A stretch of DNA of 64,000 nt. Origin: Dehalococcoidia bacterium (GTDB taxonomy: Bacteria > Chloroflexota > Dehalococcoidia > CAUJGQ01). Shown piece after piece: positions 1-9,774 of this stretch (positions within the stretch are counted from its first letter, which is position 1; each line of letters opens with the position of its first letter). The stretch spans positions 1 through 64,000 of the forward strand of contig JBFXAN010000012.1 in assembly GCA_050184225.1 (NCBI GenBank). The letters run 5' to 3'. The position numbers were made by a program, and so were the translations under genes. The notes beneath the pieces are model-generated. The model ran no database searches. It was given only the letters and a program-made list of their open reading frames with translations, and was not told the origin of the DNA.

Positions 1-87
1 GGCTGGGGTCATCAACGTCAGGTACGGGGCCACGAACGCCCATTCTTCATCTGTAACATCGGTCGGATACGCTTTGCGGTTCGGCAT
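1..87 (-). CDS. IS5-family transposase, N-terminal fragment (partial)
   Basis: Manual translation from ATG 87 gives MPNRKAYPTDVTDEEWAFVAPYLTLMTPA, the YP(S/T)D.(S/T)DEEW start typical of IS5-family (DUF4096) transposases. Not in the ORF track. Confidence 0.85.
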   Translation of the reverse strand, partial: MPNRKAYPTDVTDEEWAFVAPYLTLMTPA

Positions 88-124
88 GCCGCCATCGTAT
101 CTGGCGGAAGTTCATAACACGCTC
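1..124 (-). mobile_element. Left end of an IS5-family insertion sequence, truncated by the window edge
   Basis: The minus strand reads CTA|GAGCGTGTTATGAACTTCC (IS5-like terminus at a CTAG target), followed 37 nt later by a transposase start. Confidence 0.8.
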
Positions 125-3100
125 TAGCGGCACGGTCCGGTCGTCGGACAAACCCGCGTGTTCACGCGATCGTCATTGTTTCCAGTTTGGGGGTCAGGCT
201 CGGCCGCCGTGACCGCCGCCGTGGTCGTCAGTGTTCCGGCTGCGGCCGGCGTGACGGCCACCGTCACCTCCGTACTGGCGTTATCGGCCAGATTGCCGAG
301 AGCACACGTCAGGGTTGTCGTTCCCTGACAGGTTCCTTGCCCGGCGGTCACTGTGCCAAGCGTCACCCCTGCCGGCAGGACCAGCGTCAGGGTCACGCCG
401 GACGCGGCTCCGGGGCCGCCATTTCGCACCACGGCACGATAGGTCAGCGCCTGACCCACCCGCCCCCGCGTGGGCGAGGCTGTGAGCGTGACGCGAAGGT
501 TGGCGCGGTCTGCGTTCACGGTTGTGACATCGCTCGCGCTGTTATTGCTCGTGTTGGTTTCGCCCGCGACCGCCACCACCGACGCCGTATTGGTCACCCT
601 GGGAATCGCCGCGCTGCCCACACTCACGGTCAGGTTCACGCTGCTTGATGCCCCTGGATTAAGACGCTGCGATCTGATGCAGGTGACCGTCTGGCCCGCC
701 GCCGAACACGTCCAACCGCCGCCATTTGCCGAGATGAAACCAATTCCCGCCGGCAGGATGTCCGTGACGGTCAGGGGGTCGGATGTGGCTTGGTCGCCGA
801 TATTGCGCACGGTCAGCCGGTACCGGTCGTTCCGGCCCACGGCAAAGTCGCCGGTGTGCGTCTTCGTCAGTTCCAGGTCCGGCGCCGTCGATTGCACTGT
901 CGTCGGGTCACTGGCGCTATTGTTGCCGGGGTTGGTTTCATTCAGTACCGTGCCGACCGTGGCGGTATTCGTAACGCTGGGCGCGGCGGCGCCCGCCACG
1001 CTCACGGTGAGGGTGATCGTGGCCTGCGCGTTCACGGCCAGGTCGTTGCGCCGCGTGCAGGTGACGGCCTGCCCCGCCGCCGAGCAACTCCAACCACCGC
1101 CCCTGGCAGAGACGAAGCCGAGCCCGGCCGGCAGCGTGTCCGTCACCGTCACCGGCCCCTGCGCCCGCGCTGTGCCGGCGTTGCGCACGGTGATAGTGTA
1201 GCGGCCGTTGGTTCCGGTCGTGAAGTTGCCATCATGACTCTTCGCAATCGTCAGGTCCGGTCCGGTTGTTGGGTTGTTCACGGTCGTCGGATCGGTGGCG
1301 CTGTTGTTCGCCGTGTTCGTCTCGCCCGCGACCGCGGCAATCGCGGCGCTGTTCGTGACACTCGGCACCGCGGCGCTCGATACGCTCACGGTGAGCGTCA
1401 TCACCGCGGAGGCGCCCGTGGCGAGCGGTCCCGAATTCGTACAGGTCACCGTCTGGCCGGACGCCGAGCAACTGAAGCCGCCGCCGGTGCCCGAGACATA
1501 GCCGAGGCCGGCGGGCAGGGTATCGGTCAGCGTGAGGCCACCGGCCGCAACGGCGTTGCCGGTGTTGCGCACCGTCAGCGTGTACTGGCCGTTCGTGCCG
1601 GCCGTGAAGTTCCCGGTATGCGCCTTTGTGAGCTGCAGATCAGGTGCGGATGGCACACCATATGTAAAGCCGTTCGCAAGAGTACCTTCCAGCCCGCTCA
1701 GGTTCGTGACGACCACATCCACCGGACCAGCTCCATGGGCCGGTGTCGTCGCGGAAATCGACGCGCCGTCACTGCTGACCGTAACATCGGTGGCGCTGGC
1801 GCCGCCGAACGATACGGTCGCACCCGGCCCAAAGCCTCCCCCACTGATCGTTACTGCCGTGCCCCCCGCCGGCGGCCCGCTGTTCGGCGACACCGCCGTT
1901 ACGTTTGGTTGCGATGCGAAAGTAAAGGCATTCTCTCGAGTCATCGTCAGCCCGTTGGTGTTGGTCACCGTGACCGCCACTGGCCCGTTGCCCGCCGGCG
2001 TCTTGGCGGTAATCGTTCCCGCGTCCACAACAACGACATCGGTCGCCGGCGCATTGCCGAACGTCACCGTCGCGTCCGACTCGTAGCCCTGCCCGCGAAT
2101 CGTGACGTCTGTGCCGCCACTGATCGGACCAACACTGGGAGTGACTGACGTGATGGTCGGGAGAAATGCTGGAGCGATCGTGAGGGTCCAGGCTTCCAGC
2201 ACGCCCGTGTTCCCAGCCTGCTGGTCTGCTATCTCCAGACGCCAGTTGCCGTTCATTCCTGCGCCGGACTTGCCGATGAACGCTGACAGCGGCGCCTGCG
2301 GCCGATAGGCGCCGGCAAAGGGCGCCGACGCTGTAGTAATCGACGTGGACGCTGCATCGTCGAAGACGGTCCGATTGCTGGCCGAGATACCATAGTTGGC
2401 CCCGCTGCCACCATTCCGCGTGGACAAGGGTACCGTCGTGCCATCAGGGCCGATCAGCGAAATCGCTAGTTCGCCGGCGGCGGGATGTGTGAGATACAGA
2501 TCCACGGCCACCTTGGCGATGACGGTGGAGTCCGCAAAGCCGTTGATGCCCATCGTCGAAACCGTGGTTGACTGGTCGGCTAGTGGCGTCGGAGTACCAA
2601 CGTTAAAGCGTGGCGGTGTGGCGCTGTTGGCGATGGAGAGCCACCACTCGTTGGATAGACGGCTGACCGGCGGGGGATTGACGACGATGATACTCGCCGA
2701 ACCACCCGTTTCGATGTCAGCCGGGCTGACGCTGACCTGAAGCTGACTTTCACTGACGAACGTGGCCTGGCGCTCTACTCCGTTCCATCGAATCCGCGAC
2801 ATAGGTGTGAAGCCGCTTCCGAGCACGGTCAGGGTCGTGGCCGGGCCGCCCGTGTTCAGTGTCCCGGGTTCCAAACCGCTGATATGCGGCGTCTGTCCTT
2901 CGGCTACTGTGAAGGTCAGCGGCGTCGTGCCATCGATCAGCCGCCACTCGCCATTGATCCCGGCAGAAGGTTGCGCGAAGTAGCTACCCGGAGACTCGAA
3001 CTGTCGCGACTGTTCGTATGCAATCTCCTCGCCTGGCTGGAGCGTCACATGTACCATCGCCGCCGGGAAGCTGGCGTCGTCATCCTCCCACGTCGTCCCT

Positions 3101-5790
3101 TTGCGACCGGCCGCTCCCAGCCCCTCTACCACGATCGGCTGCGCGCCGGTGTTGCGCACACTGAAGCGAGCAGTGACCGTTTGGAACGTCTCGATCGTCG
3201 ATGGCGTCAGCGTCAGCGGTGACGAGATCGCCAGCCGGCCGACGGGCGGCGGGGGCGGAGGTGGAGGTGGTGGCGGAGGCGGCGGAGGTGGTGGCGGGGC
3301 CGGCACGCGCACACGCAGGGATGACGTACCCCGCCCGAAGTTGACCTGCTCCAGATCTGAAATGTCGCTGGTCACGTTCAGACTGAGACCCGTGTAGTTC
3401 GGATCGAGGAAGAGCGTCGCCTGGTAGCCACCGCTGACACGGATCGCGGCCACCGCATCGTTAAAGCCGTCATCGCCAACATCTGGGTCGTCGAGCGTGA
3501 ACAGTTTGCAAGCGCCTTGATAGTTCGGCGCACTGTAGATGCGCACGCCCCCTGCGGAGTCGTCGCAGGCGATACGCTGCACACGAATCGATGAGGAGGT
3601 GTTACCGATGGTGTGGCGGCTCAGGTCACCGTCAGACGCATTGATGCTCTCGCCATAATCCGTGTAGTTCGGACCACGAAAGAGCGTCGCCCGATACGGA
3701 CCGACGACCGCCACCGACCAAACGTTGTCGTTGAGCCCGTTGTCCGTCAGGTCAGGATCATCCGCCGTGAACCGCACCGATGCGCCACAAAAGTTCGGCT
3801 CGCTGAAGAGATAGATCCCCTCTGACGCGGTCGGCATCGTGCACGACGGCAATGCTGTCAGGGTGACAGGAATGCTCTTGGCAATCGGGTTTGTCCAGCT
3901 CGTGTCGCTGGCGGTGCGCGCTTCGGCGAGCACATTCCGGCTTCCACCGGGACATCCCCAGGTATCCCAGGTGAAGGAGACGCTGGGTGCGCCGGTCTCG
4001 AATCGGTCCGGCGTGCCGCAGCCGGTGGTGACGCGCACGGTGTTGTAGTTCGGGTCGCTCGACGACGCCTCAATCGCAATCCTGACGCCGACGTTCCCAC
4101 TCGAAGGATTCGCCGTCAGCGACAGACTCGGCGCCGCCGGCGGCGCTCCTGCCAGCGCCTGCTTTCGGTTCACCCAACCCGTGCCCTGCGTCGATCCTTC
4201 CGGCGAGCTGTCGGTGTTCCACCAGTCATCCTCGCCAACACACGTCGGTGAATTGTTGTTCGGGTTGATGAGGTTTACGCGCCACCCATCGTATGAGGCC
4301 GTGCCAGACAGTGGGTATTGCGGCCCTGGCCCCGTGCGGAACTCTGCTCCCTGTTTCAAAGGCACCTGCTGACCAGTGGCCCAATCCCCGTTCGAACAAC
4401 CGCCATCGCTGCCAGGATTACTTGGCCAGATGTAGATTTGCGCCGAAGACCGAATCGCGTTTGTCCAGTTCGGGTCATTTGGCAGACGTGCTTCAGCTGT
4501 GACTGTGCGCATCCCGCCTGGGCATCCCGCGGTAGACCAGTCAAATTGTGCCTTTGGAGCCCCAATCTCAAAGCGATCGGGTGTCCCGCATCCAGTGGTC
4601 ACTCGGACAGTGTTGTAGGTGGCGTCATCTGCTGCCGCCCATACAGAGATTGACTCTCCAGCATCGACATCGCGACCGCTGAACAAAATGGTGGGATTCG
4701 ATGGTCCTTCAATCGAACCTCCCGCCCCTCCGGGGGTTTCGATGATGGACGTGCCTTCTGGATGAAGCCCGCAGCCGCTCTTCCGAAGATTGCTCCATAG
4801 TTCCAGTTCATCGGCGCCAGGTCCTGTCCATGTAACAATAGCGCTGTAGTACTTTCCAGGCTTGAGGTCGGTCATCGTATAGGTTGTAGACGTTTGGTTA
4901 AGCCAGTCATTCTTGACATCTGCCACCTTAAAGCTAGCTGCAATGCCAGTTATGATGATGCGCTCCGAATTTTCCCCAGTCGAAACCTGTATCCAGTAAT
5001 TGGTTGCACCAGGAACTGGCGACCAGCGCCATGTAATGTCGCAGGTTGACCCATTGTCGCGAACCTCAGGGTTATACATCGTAGGCGGAGGTACCGCCGC
5101 CAATGCCGTTGCAGTATCCCCTGGTACTGGTGCGTATGCTTCCCCGTCATCGGGCCCTCTGCGCTGACAGTGGGAATTCGCCTCGTTCTCCGTCACAGGG
5201 ACTACCAGCGGATAACCGGAGAACCAGCGAATATCAAAGAGATCCTTGATATTCTGTGGGACCCCACTCTTCAAGACTCGAAAGTGTAGATGTGGGCCGG
5301 ATGACTTTCCAGTGTTTCCTACGTTGCCTATATGGTCACCTCGCCGAACCAATGTGTCACCATTCCCGGCTCGCTCTTCCATACCTGGTGCAAAGGCACT
5401 CAGGTGACCGTAGAGGCTCTCCCAATCGCCAGATGTGATCTTGATGTGTCGACCATATCCACCGCTTGTCGTGACTAATTGGAATGTGCCGTCCTGTGCT
5501 GCATATACGGGCGTACCTTCAGGTGCGGCGAAGTCGATAGCTTCCGTGTCACCAGGGAAGTCTGAGTGTGTATCGTGACACCGTGGCCCCTGAGTGATGC
5601 GGGAAAAACGTGCAAGCGGCAGGCGGAAACCTTGATCGCGGGCCGGTGAAAGCGAGGGCCTGGCGCTGACTGTACTGATTTCCCCTTCGTTCAGATCCAG
5701 GAAAACTAGCCCGGATAGCATCATACTTAGCAGGAGCAAGAGGGCAATTCTTCGTATCCATATATGTTGTGTACTGTGATCATTGTGCAT
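124..5790 (-). CDS. Large secreted multidomain protein: M23 peptidase, FN3-like, 2 internal repeats, 2 beta/gamma-crystallin domains, poly-Pro, IPT/TIG, proprotein convertase P-domain, 4 DUF11
   Basis: N-terminal hydrophobic signal; IDFAAPEGTPVYAA, YGHLS and GPHLHF (M23); LFSEPNFCG...NDNVWSV and IYSAPNYQG...NDAVAAI (crystallin); THPAAGEL...GNWRLEIAD (P-domain); PDL.LTK.H...NNSA.D.TTV repeats (DUF11). Confidence 0.9.
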   Translation of the reverse strand: MHNDHSTQHIWIRRIALLLLLSMMLSGLVFLDLNEGEISTVSARPSLSPARDQGFRLPLARFSRITQGPRCHDTHSDFPGDTEAIDFAAPEGTPVYAAQDGTFQLVTTSGGYGRHIKITSGDWESLYGHLSAFAPGMEERAGNGDTLVRRGDHIGNVGNTGKSSGPHLHFRVLKSGVPQNIKDLFDIRWFSGYPLVVPVTENEANSHCQRRGPDDGEAYAPVPGDTATALAAVPPPTMYNPEVRDNGSTCDITWRWSPVPGATNYWIQVSTGENSERIIITGIAASFKVADVKNDWLNQTSTTYTMTDLKPGKYYSAIVTWTGPGADELELWSNLRKSGCGLHPEGTSIIETPGGAGGSIEGPSNPTILFSGRDVDAGESISVWAAADDATYNTVRVTTGCGTPDRFEIGAPKAQFDWSTAGCPGGMRTVTAEARLPNDPNWTNAIRSSAQIYIWPSNPGSDGGCSNGDWATGQQVPLKQGAEFRTGPGPQYPLSGTASYDGWRVNLINPNNNSPTCVGEDDWWNTDSSPEGSTQGTGWVNRKQALAGAPPAAPSLSLTANPSSGNVGVRIAIEASSSDPNYNTVRVTTGCGTPDRFETGAPSVSFTWDTWGCPGGSRNVLAEARTASDTSWTNPIAKSIPVTLTALPSCTMPTASEGIYLFSEPNFCGASVRFTADDPDLTDNGLNDNVWSVAVVGPYRATLFRGPNYTDYGESINASDGDLSRHTIGNTSSSIRVQRIACDDSAGGVRIYSAPNYQGACKLFTLDDPDVGDDGFNDAVAAIRVSGGYQATLFLDPNYTGLSLNVTSDISDLEQVNFGRGTSSLRVRVPAPPPPPPPPPPPPPPPPPPVGRLAISSPLTLTPSTIETFQTVTARFSVRNTGAQPIVVEGLGAAGRKGTTWEDDDASFPAAMVHVTLQPGEEIAYEQSRQFESPGSYFAQPSAGINGEWRLIDGTTPLTFTVAEGQTPHISGLEPGTLNTGGPATTLTVLGSGFTPMSRIRWNGVERQATFVSESQLQVSVSPADIETGGSASIIVVNPPPVSRLSNEWWLSIANSATPPRFNVGTPTPLADQSTTVSTMGINGFADSTVIAKVAVDLYLTHPAAGELAISLIGPDGTTVPLSTRNGGSGANYGISASNRTVFDDAASTSITTASAPFAGAYRPQAPLSAFIGKSGAGMNGNWRLEIADQQAGNTGVLEAWTLTIAPAFLPTITSVTPSVGPISGGTDVTIRGQGYESDATVTFGNAPATDVVVVDAGTITAKTPAGNGPVAVTVTNTNGLTMTRENAFTFASQPNVTAVSPNSGPPAGGTAVTISGGGFGPGATVSFGGASATDVTVSSDGASISATTPAHGAGPVDVVVTNLSGLEGTLANGFTYGVPSAPDLQLTKAHTGNFTAGTNGQYTLTVRNTGNAVAAGGLTLTDTLPAGLGYVSGTGGGFSCSASGQTVTCTNSGPLATGASAVMTLTVSVSSAAVPSVTNSAAIAAVAGETNTANNSATDPTTVNNPTTGPDLTIAKSHDGNFTTGTNGRYTITVRNAGTARAQGPVTVTDTLPAGLGFVSARGGGWSCSAAGQAVTCTRRNDLAVNAQATITLTVSVAGAAAPSVTNTATVGTVLNETNPGNNSASDPTTVQSTAPDLELTKTHTGDFAVGRNDRYRLTVRNIGDQATSDPLTVTDILPAGIGFISANGGGWTCSAAGQTVTCIRSQRLNPGASSSVNLTVSVGSAAIPRVTNTASVVAVAGETNTSNNSASDVTTVNADRANLRVTLTASPTRGRVGQALTYRAVVRNGGPGAASGVTLTLVLPAGVTLGTVTAGQGTCQGTTTLTCALGNLADNASTEVTVAVTPAAAGTLTTTAAVTAAEPDPQTGNNDDRVNTRVCPTTGPCR
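3245..3300 (-). repeat. Poly-proline linker (about 18 Pro codons)
   Basis: GGN triplet run on the + strand; a long uninterrupted Pro run in the translation. Confidence 0.9.
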
Positions 5791-6061
5791 CAGATATCCC
5801 TCTTCGCCTCCTCAGCCCCAGATCGATCCACAAGATGTGGCAATTTCAGGCATTGCTACCAAGCTGGCCATGGGCTATGCAGGTGCATTTGCAACTGTCT
5901 GCCATAGCACACTGCGAGGCGGCAATCGAATGTGCCACTCCAATCCAGACCATGCCTGGTCGCTTGATCTGAAATAGCTACGAGCGGATCTCAGTTGCAG
6001 AAACATATGGCAGACCCGAGACGCTATCGAGTGACCAAGTCGTACACGGTTACCGGACCGG

Positions 6062-7822
6062 CTAAGGATAGAGGTCGCTCGCGGCAAGCCACGCCCATGT
6101 CGCGTCATCTGCCGGATGCCAGTCCATCGCCCACGCCACGCCGTAGTACTGCCACGACACCACAGCATGGAACGCGACCACTTCCCCGTCATCCGCCCGC
6201 CACGCCAACGGAAAGGTGACGCGAGACGCCGGCGGCGATGCCGGTGTGGCCCGCCAGTAATCGACAAGACAGTCCATCGCCTCCGGCTCGCGCCGCCGTA
6301 ACTCAGCCGCGGCCGCGTCCCATCCAGCAGACGACCGGCGCGGCCTCCTCCCGGCCGCGGCCGCACGCAGGTCGCTCGGGATCAGCGCCGTCGCCACCTC
6401 CTCCCAGTTGACGATGCGCTCGCGGGCAAAGGCGCTGATGAAAAACGTGACGACGTTGCGCTCGATCGGATTGCGAAGATGTTGGCGGATGTCCAGCCCG
6501 ATCACACGCACCGACGGCGGGTTCTGCGCCGCAACCTCGCAGCGGTCGTCCAGCGCGATGCAAGGCCACGGAAAGGCATCGATGTCCGCCTGGATCTGAT
6601 TCCATGACGGATGCTCGACGCCTCGTGGTGAGTACCACTTCGTCTCGTTTCGGCGCGGCATCCCCGCCAAGATCAACGCCCAGTCCGACGGCTCCGGCTC
6701 GAAACCCGCCCGCGTCAGCATCGCGTTGGTCGCCGCCGTGTCCAGTTGCATCGCCCGCGCCAGCCGCAACAGCGTGCCGCGCGCCGGCCGCCGCCTCGCA
6801 TGTTCGTACTTGTCCAGCGTGTTCTCCGACACGCCGCTCAGCCGCTCCAGTTCGTGCCGCGTCAGGCCGCTCCCCTCCCGCGCCGATCGCAACAACTCGT
6901 TCCATGAGCGGCCGCCGAGTGGAACGTACGCGTCACTCCACGCGCCACCATTTCCATCCCCCGCCGCCCCGGGCGTCCGACGCGCGCCCTCAACCACAGC
7001 GCCGGTGAGTCGTGCTCCCACCCAATCCCATGTCAATCCGTCGGCCGGGAACCAGTCGAACGCCCACAGCGCGTCGAAGTCATTCCATGGATAGGTGATG
7101 CAGTTGAACCGCAAGATCGTGCCGTCGTTCAGCCGCCAGATCGTGGGGAGGATCGTGATCCGGCCACCCGCATAGGTCCCCACATCGGTCCACAGGGCCA
7201 TCATCCGAGGCAAGGCCAGACCAAACTTGGTCGCGATCTCGTTGACCATCTGCCCAAAGTAATGCGCTTCCTCCTCCGGTTGCTCCATGTTGACCTGGTT
7301 GCTCTTGTACATACCGAGCAGGGTCGAGACGACCGCTTCCCAGTTCACCACCCGCCGCTTCGCATCGTCCTCGTCGTAGAAATGCGGCATCGCCGAGATC
7401 CGCATCAGATTGCGCTCGAACGCCGTCGGCAGATCGCGGGCGAAGTCGAGCTCGGCCACGAGGTTCGCCGCTTCGTTCCAGCCGACGATCTCATAGCGCT
7501 CGTTCACCACCAGGCACGGCCAGGTGTAGGACGCCAGTTCCTCTTGCAGCGTCGGCACGGGAATCCGCCGCGCTGCGATCCGCGCCAGCGGCCCCGTCGG
7601 CTCCGAGCTCTCTCCCGCTGCCTCAAGGATCGCGTTCGTCGCGTGTACGTCGGCTTTCAGCGTTCGGGAGATCTCGATCAGCCGTCCCCGCTCGGGCTTC
7701 GTCCGGCCCGCCTCGTAATTCCGGATCGTCTTCTCCGAGGCGCCGATCCGCTTGGCCAGCGCCGGCTGACTGATCCCCGCCCGCTCCCGCGCCTGACGCA
7801 GCAGCTCATTCCACAGCGCCAC
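6062..7822 (-). CDS. Transcriptional regulator with two tandem XRE-HTH + MmyB-like ligand-binding units
   Basis: Two repeats of WNELLR..RE..G...LA..G.SE.T...YE..R..P.R, each followed by a WPC..../W.(F/M)DW.PAD..TW.W domain. GTG start at 7822 with GGAGG 8 nt upstream. Confidence 0.85.
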   Translation of the reverse strand: MALWNELLRQARERAGISQPALAKRIGASEKTIRNYEAGRTKPERGRLIEISRTLKADVHATNAILEAAGESSEPTGPLARIAARRIPVPTLQEELASYTWPCLVVNERYEIVGWNEAANLVAELDFARDLPTAFERNLMRISAMPHFYDEDDAKRRVVNWEAVVSTLLGMYKSNQVNMEQPEEEAHYFGQMVNEIATKFGLALPRMMALWTDVGTYAGGRITILPTIWRLNDGTILRFNCITYPWNDFDALWAFDWFPADGLTWDWVGARLTGAVVEGARRTPGAAGDGNGGAWSDAYVPLGGRSWNELLRSAREGSGLTRHELERLSGVSENTLDKYEHARRRPARGTLLRLARAMQLDTAATNAMLTRAGFEPEPSDWALILAGMPRRNETKWYSPRGVEHPSWNQIQADIDAFPWPCIALDDRCEVAAQNPPSVRVIGLDIRQHLRNPIERNVVTFFISAFARERIVNWEEVATALIPSDLRAAAAGRRPRRSSAGWDAAAAELRRREPEAMDCLVDYWRATPASPPASRVTFPLAWRADDGEVVAFHAVVSWQYYGVAWAMDWHPADDATWAWLAASDLYP

Positions 7823-8218
7823 TCCTGCAACCTCCAACACCATCGCCCGCCGGCATCGATCAGCCGGCACCCGCCCGTCCTTCTACCGGCTGAGTATTTG
7901 AATGTCAAATCGCGTACACATCTCTATCAGATAGTTCTACTCCGATACGAACGCCTCTCATGCGATGGTCATTCACGCATTGCGAGCCGAACTTTTGTTC
8001 TCTATGCTTTCCGCATGAAAGCTCCATCACGAGCAACGACAACGCGGTGCCGTCCGGCCCAACGGCGCCACTCCACGACTCGCGGGGCGACACAGACGAT
8101 GAGCCGAACGATCAAGTTCGTGGCCCGTCTCCCGAATCCGACGACCACTGGGCAGAAACCCCACCAGATTCGCCGCGCTGCATCACACAAAATACGATTC
8201 AATCAAGCCACTCGACTC

Positions 8219-8260
8219 GACTCCCTATTCCCGACTCCCGATTCCCGCTACCCTATTCCC
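8219..8260 (+). repeat. Six tandem heptamers (GACTCCC/TATTCCC/GATTCCC type), STRR-like
   Basis: gactccc tattccc gactccc gattccc gctaccc tattccc directly before ATG 8261. Confidence 0.85.
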
Positions 8261-9652
8261 ATGCCGCTACCCGTCCGCTACGCCCAGCAGGTGCCGGAGA
8301 TCGCCCAGGTCTGGGAGCCCGCCGGCTACTTCGAGGCCCAGCTCTCGATCTGGCTCGCCCAGTGCGAGGCGATGCACGACCTCGACGGCGACCCCTCCGC
8401 CGACGACCTCGCTCAGATCCGCACCGCCCTCTGCCTCTCGCCCGAAGAGGTCGCCGAGCTCAGCATCCCCCACGGCCACGAGACCAACCGCCTGATCCGC
8501 ACCGTCCAGGCGAAGCTCCCCGCCCGCCTCGGCAACTTCATCCACCGCGGCAACACCAGCAGCGATGTCCTCGACACCTCCCTCGCCCTCCAGATCATCC
8601 GCTCACTCGACCTCCTCCGCGCCGATTTCGAGAAGGTCGCGGATGAACTCCAGGGCCTCGCCCTCCGTCACGCCCTCACGCCGCAGATCGCCCGCACCCA
8701 CGGCCAGCACGCCACCCCCCACACCTTCGGCCGCCAGGTACTCGGCTGGTACGCCGAGTCGCTCCGCTGCCTCGACCGGATCGAGCGCGCCCGCACGGTG
8801 ATCGCCGCCGGCAAGCTCTCCGGCGAGGTCGGCACCAGCGTCTTCATCCACCCTGAACTGGAAGAGAACGCCCTCGCCCGCCTCGGCCTCGCCGTCGACC
8901 CCGCCCCCACCCAGGTGATCAGCCGCGACCGCCACGCCGAGGTCGTCAGCCTGATGGCGGTCAACGCCGGCACCCTCAGCCGGATCGCCGTCGATCTCTC
9001 CCTGCTCGCGATCACCGACCTCGGCGAGGTGCGCGAGCCTTTCGACCCCGCCGCCCAGCAGGGCTCCAGCTCGATGCCGCACAAGCGCAACACTGAGCTC
9101 TGCGAGCGCGTCCGCGGCCTCACCCGCCGCATCCAGTCCGCCGCCCTCGAAGAGCTGGGCGCAATGGACCTCTGGCTCGAGCGTGATATCTCCCACTCCG
9201 CCACCGAACGCTTCACCTTCCCCGACTGCTTCGGCGCCCTCGCCTACAGCGCCCGCCTCGTCCAGACGATCCTCGCCGGCCTCGTCGTCTACGAGGAGCG
9301 AATGCAGGCCAACATCGACCAGACCCACGGCGCCATCTACGCCAACCGCCTGCTCAACACGTTGCTCGACCCCCCCGTATCCGCGAAAGCGGCCGCCCTG
9401 ATCAACGCGATCCTGGACGCCGAGCCCTCGGCTCCCCCGATGTCCCGCACCGATGCCTACGAACTGGTCAAATCCCTCGCTCAGACCGCGCTCGATACCG
9501 GTGTCCACCTGCGCGACCTCGCCGCCCAGGACGAGCGCATCACCGCCCTCATGCCAGCCGAGTCACTCGATGACCTCTTCGACCCCGACTTCTACCTGCG
9601 TAACATCCCCACCGCCTACCGCCGCCTCGGACTGACACCGCCCACCGCATGA
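8261..9652 (+). CDS. purB: Adenylosuccinate lyase (fumarate lyase superfamily), somewhat divergent
   Basis: TSSDVLDT, RTHGQHA, TQVISRDRHAE, GSSSMPHKRN and ERDISHS motifs. The ORF-track N-terminal extension overlaps the divergent regulator gene. Confidence 0.8.
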   Translation: MPLPVRYAQQVPEIAQVWEPAGYFEAQLSIWLAQCEAMHDLDGDPSADDLAQIRTALCLSPEEVAELSIPHGHETNRLIRTVQAKLPARLGNFIHRGNTSSDVLDTSLALQIIRSLDLLRADFEKVADELQGLALRHALTPQIARTHGQHATPHTFGRQVLGWYAESLRCLDRIERARTVIAAGKLSGEVGTSVFIHPELEENALARLGLAVDPAPTQVISRDRHAEVVSLMAVNAGTLSRIAVDLSLLAITDLGEVREPFDPAAQQGSSSMPHKRNTELCERVRGLTRRIQSAALEELGAMDLWLERDISHSATERFTFPDCFGALAYSARLVQTILAGLVVYEERMQANIDQTHGAIYANRLLNTLLDPPVSAKAAALINAILDAEPSAPPMSRTDAYELVKSLAQTALDTGVHLRDLAAQDERITALMPAESLDDLFDPDFYLRNIPTAYRRLGLTPPTA

Positions 9653-9669
9653 ATCCACACTTCATTCCA

Positions 9670-9699
9670 TCGTCGTATTGACCTACATGGAGTGAGCCG
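9670..9699 (+). promoter_or_regulatory. Conserved upstream element, copy 1 (TCGTCGTATTGACCTA...)
   Basis: 16-bp exact match to 10578-10593, with further partial similarity; contains a TTGACC -35-like hexamer. Confidence 0.6.
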
Positions 9700-9774
9700 G
9701 ACAATGCACGCTGACACGGCATCTCGATACGGAGATCAGCCGGACAGGACAGCAGGAGCAAGAGGAGGGCACGA

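Noticed and set aside
5791-6061. Riboswitch upstream of the giant gene
   Set aside because: An imperfect hairpin (GCTATG...CATAGC) exists, but I recognise no riboswitch consensus; an Rfam scan would settle it.
7262-8260. N-terminal 333 aa of the 796-aa track ORF
   Set aside because: Overlaps the opposite-strand regulator; lyase similarity begins only at ATG 8261.
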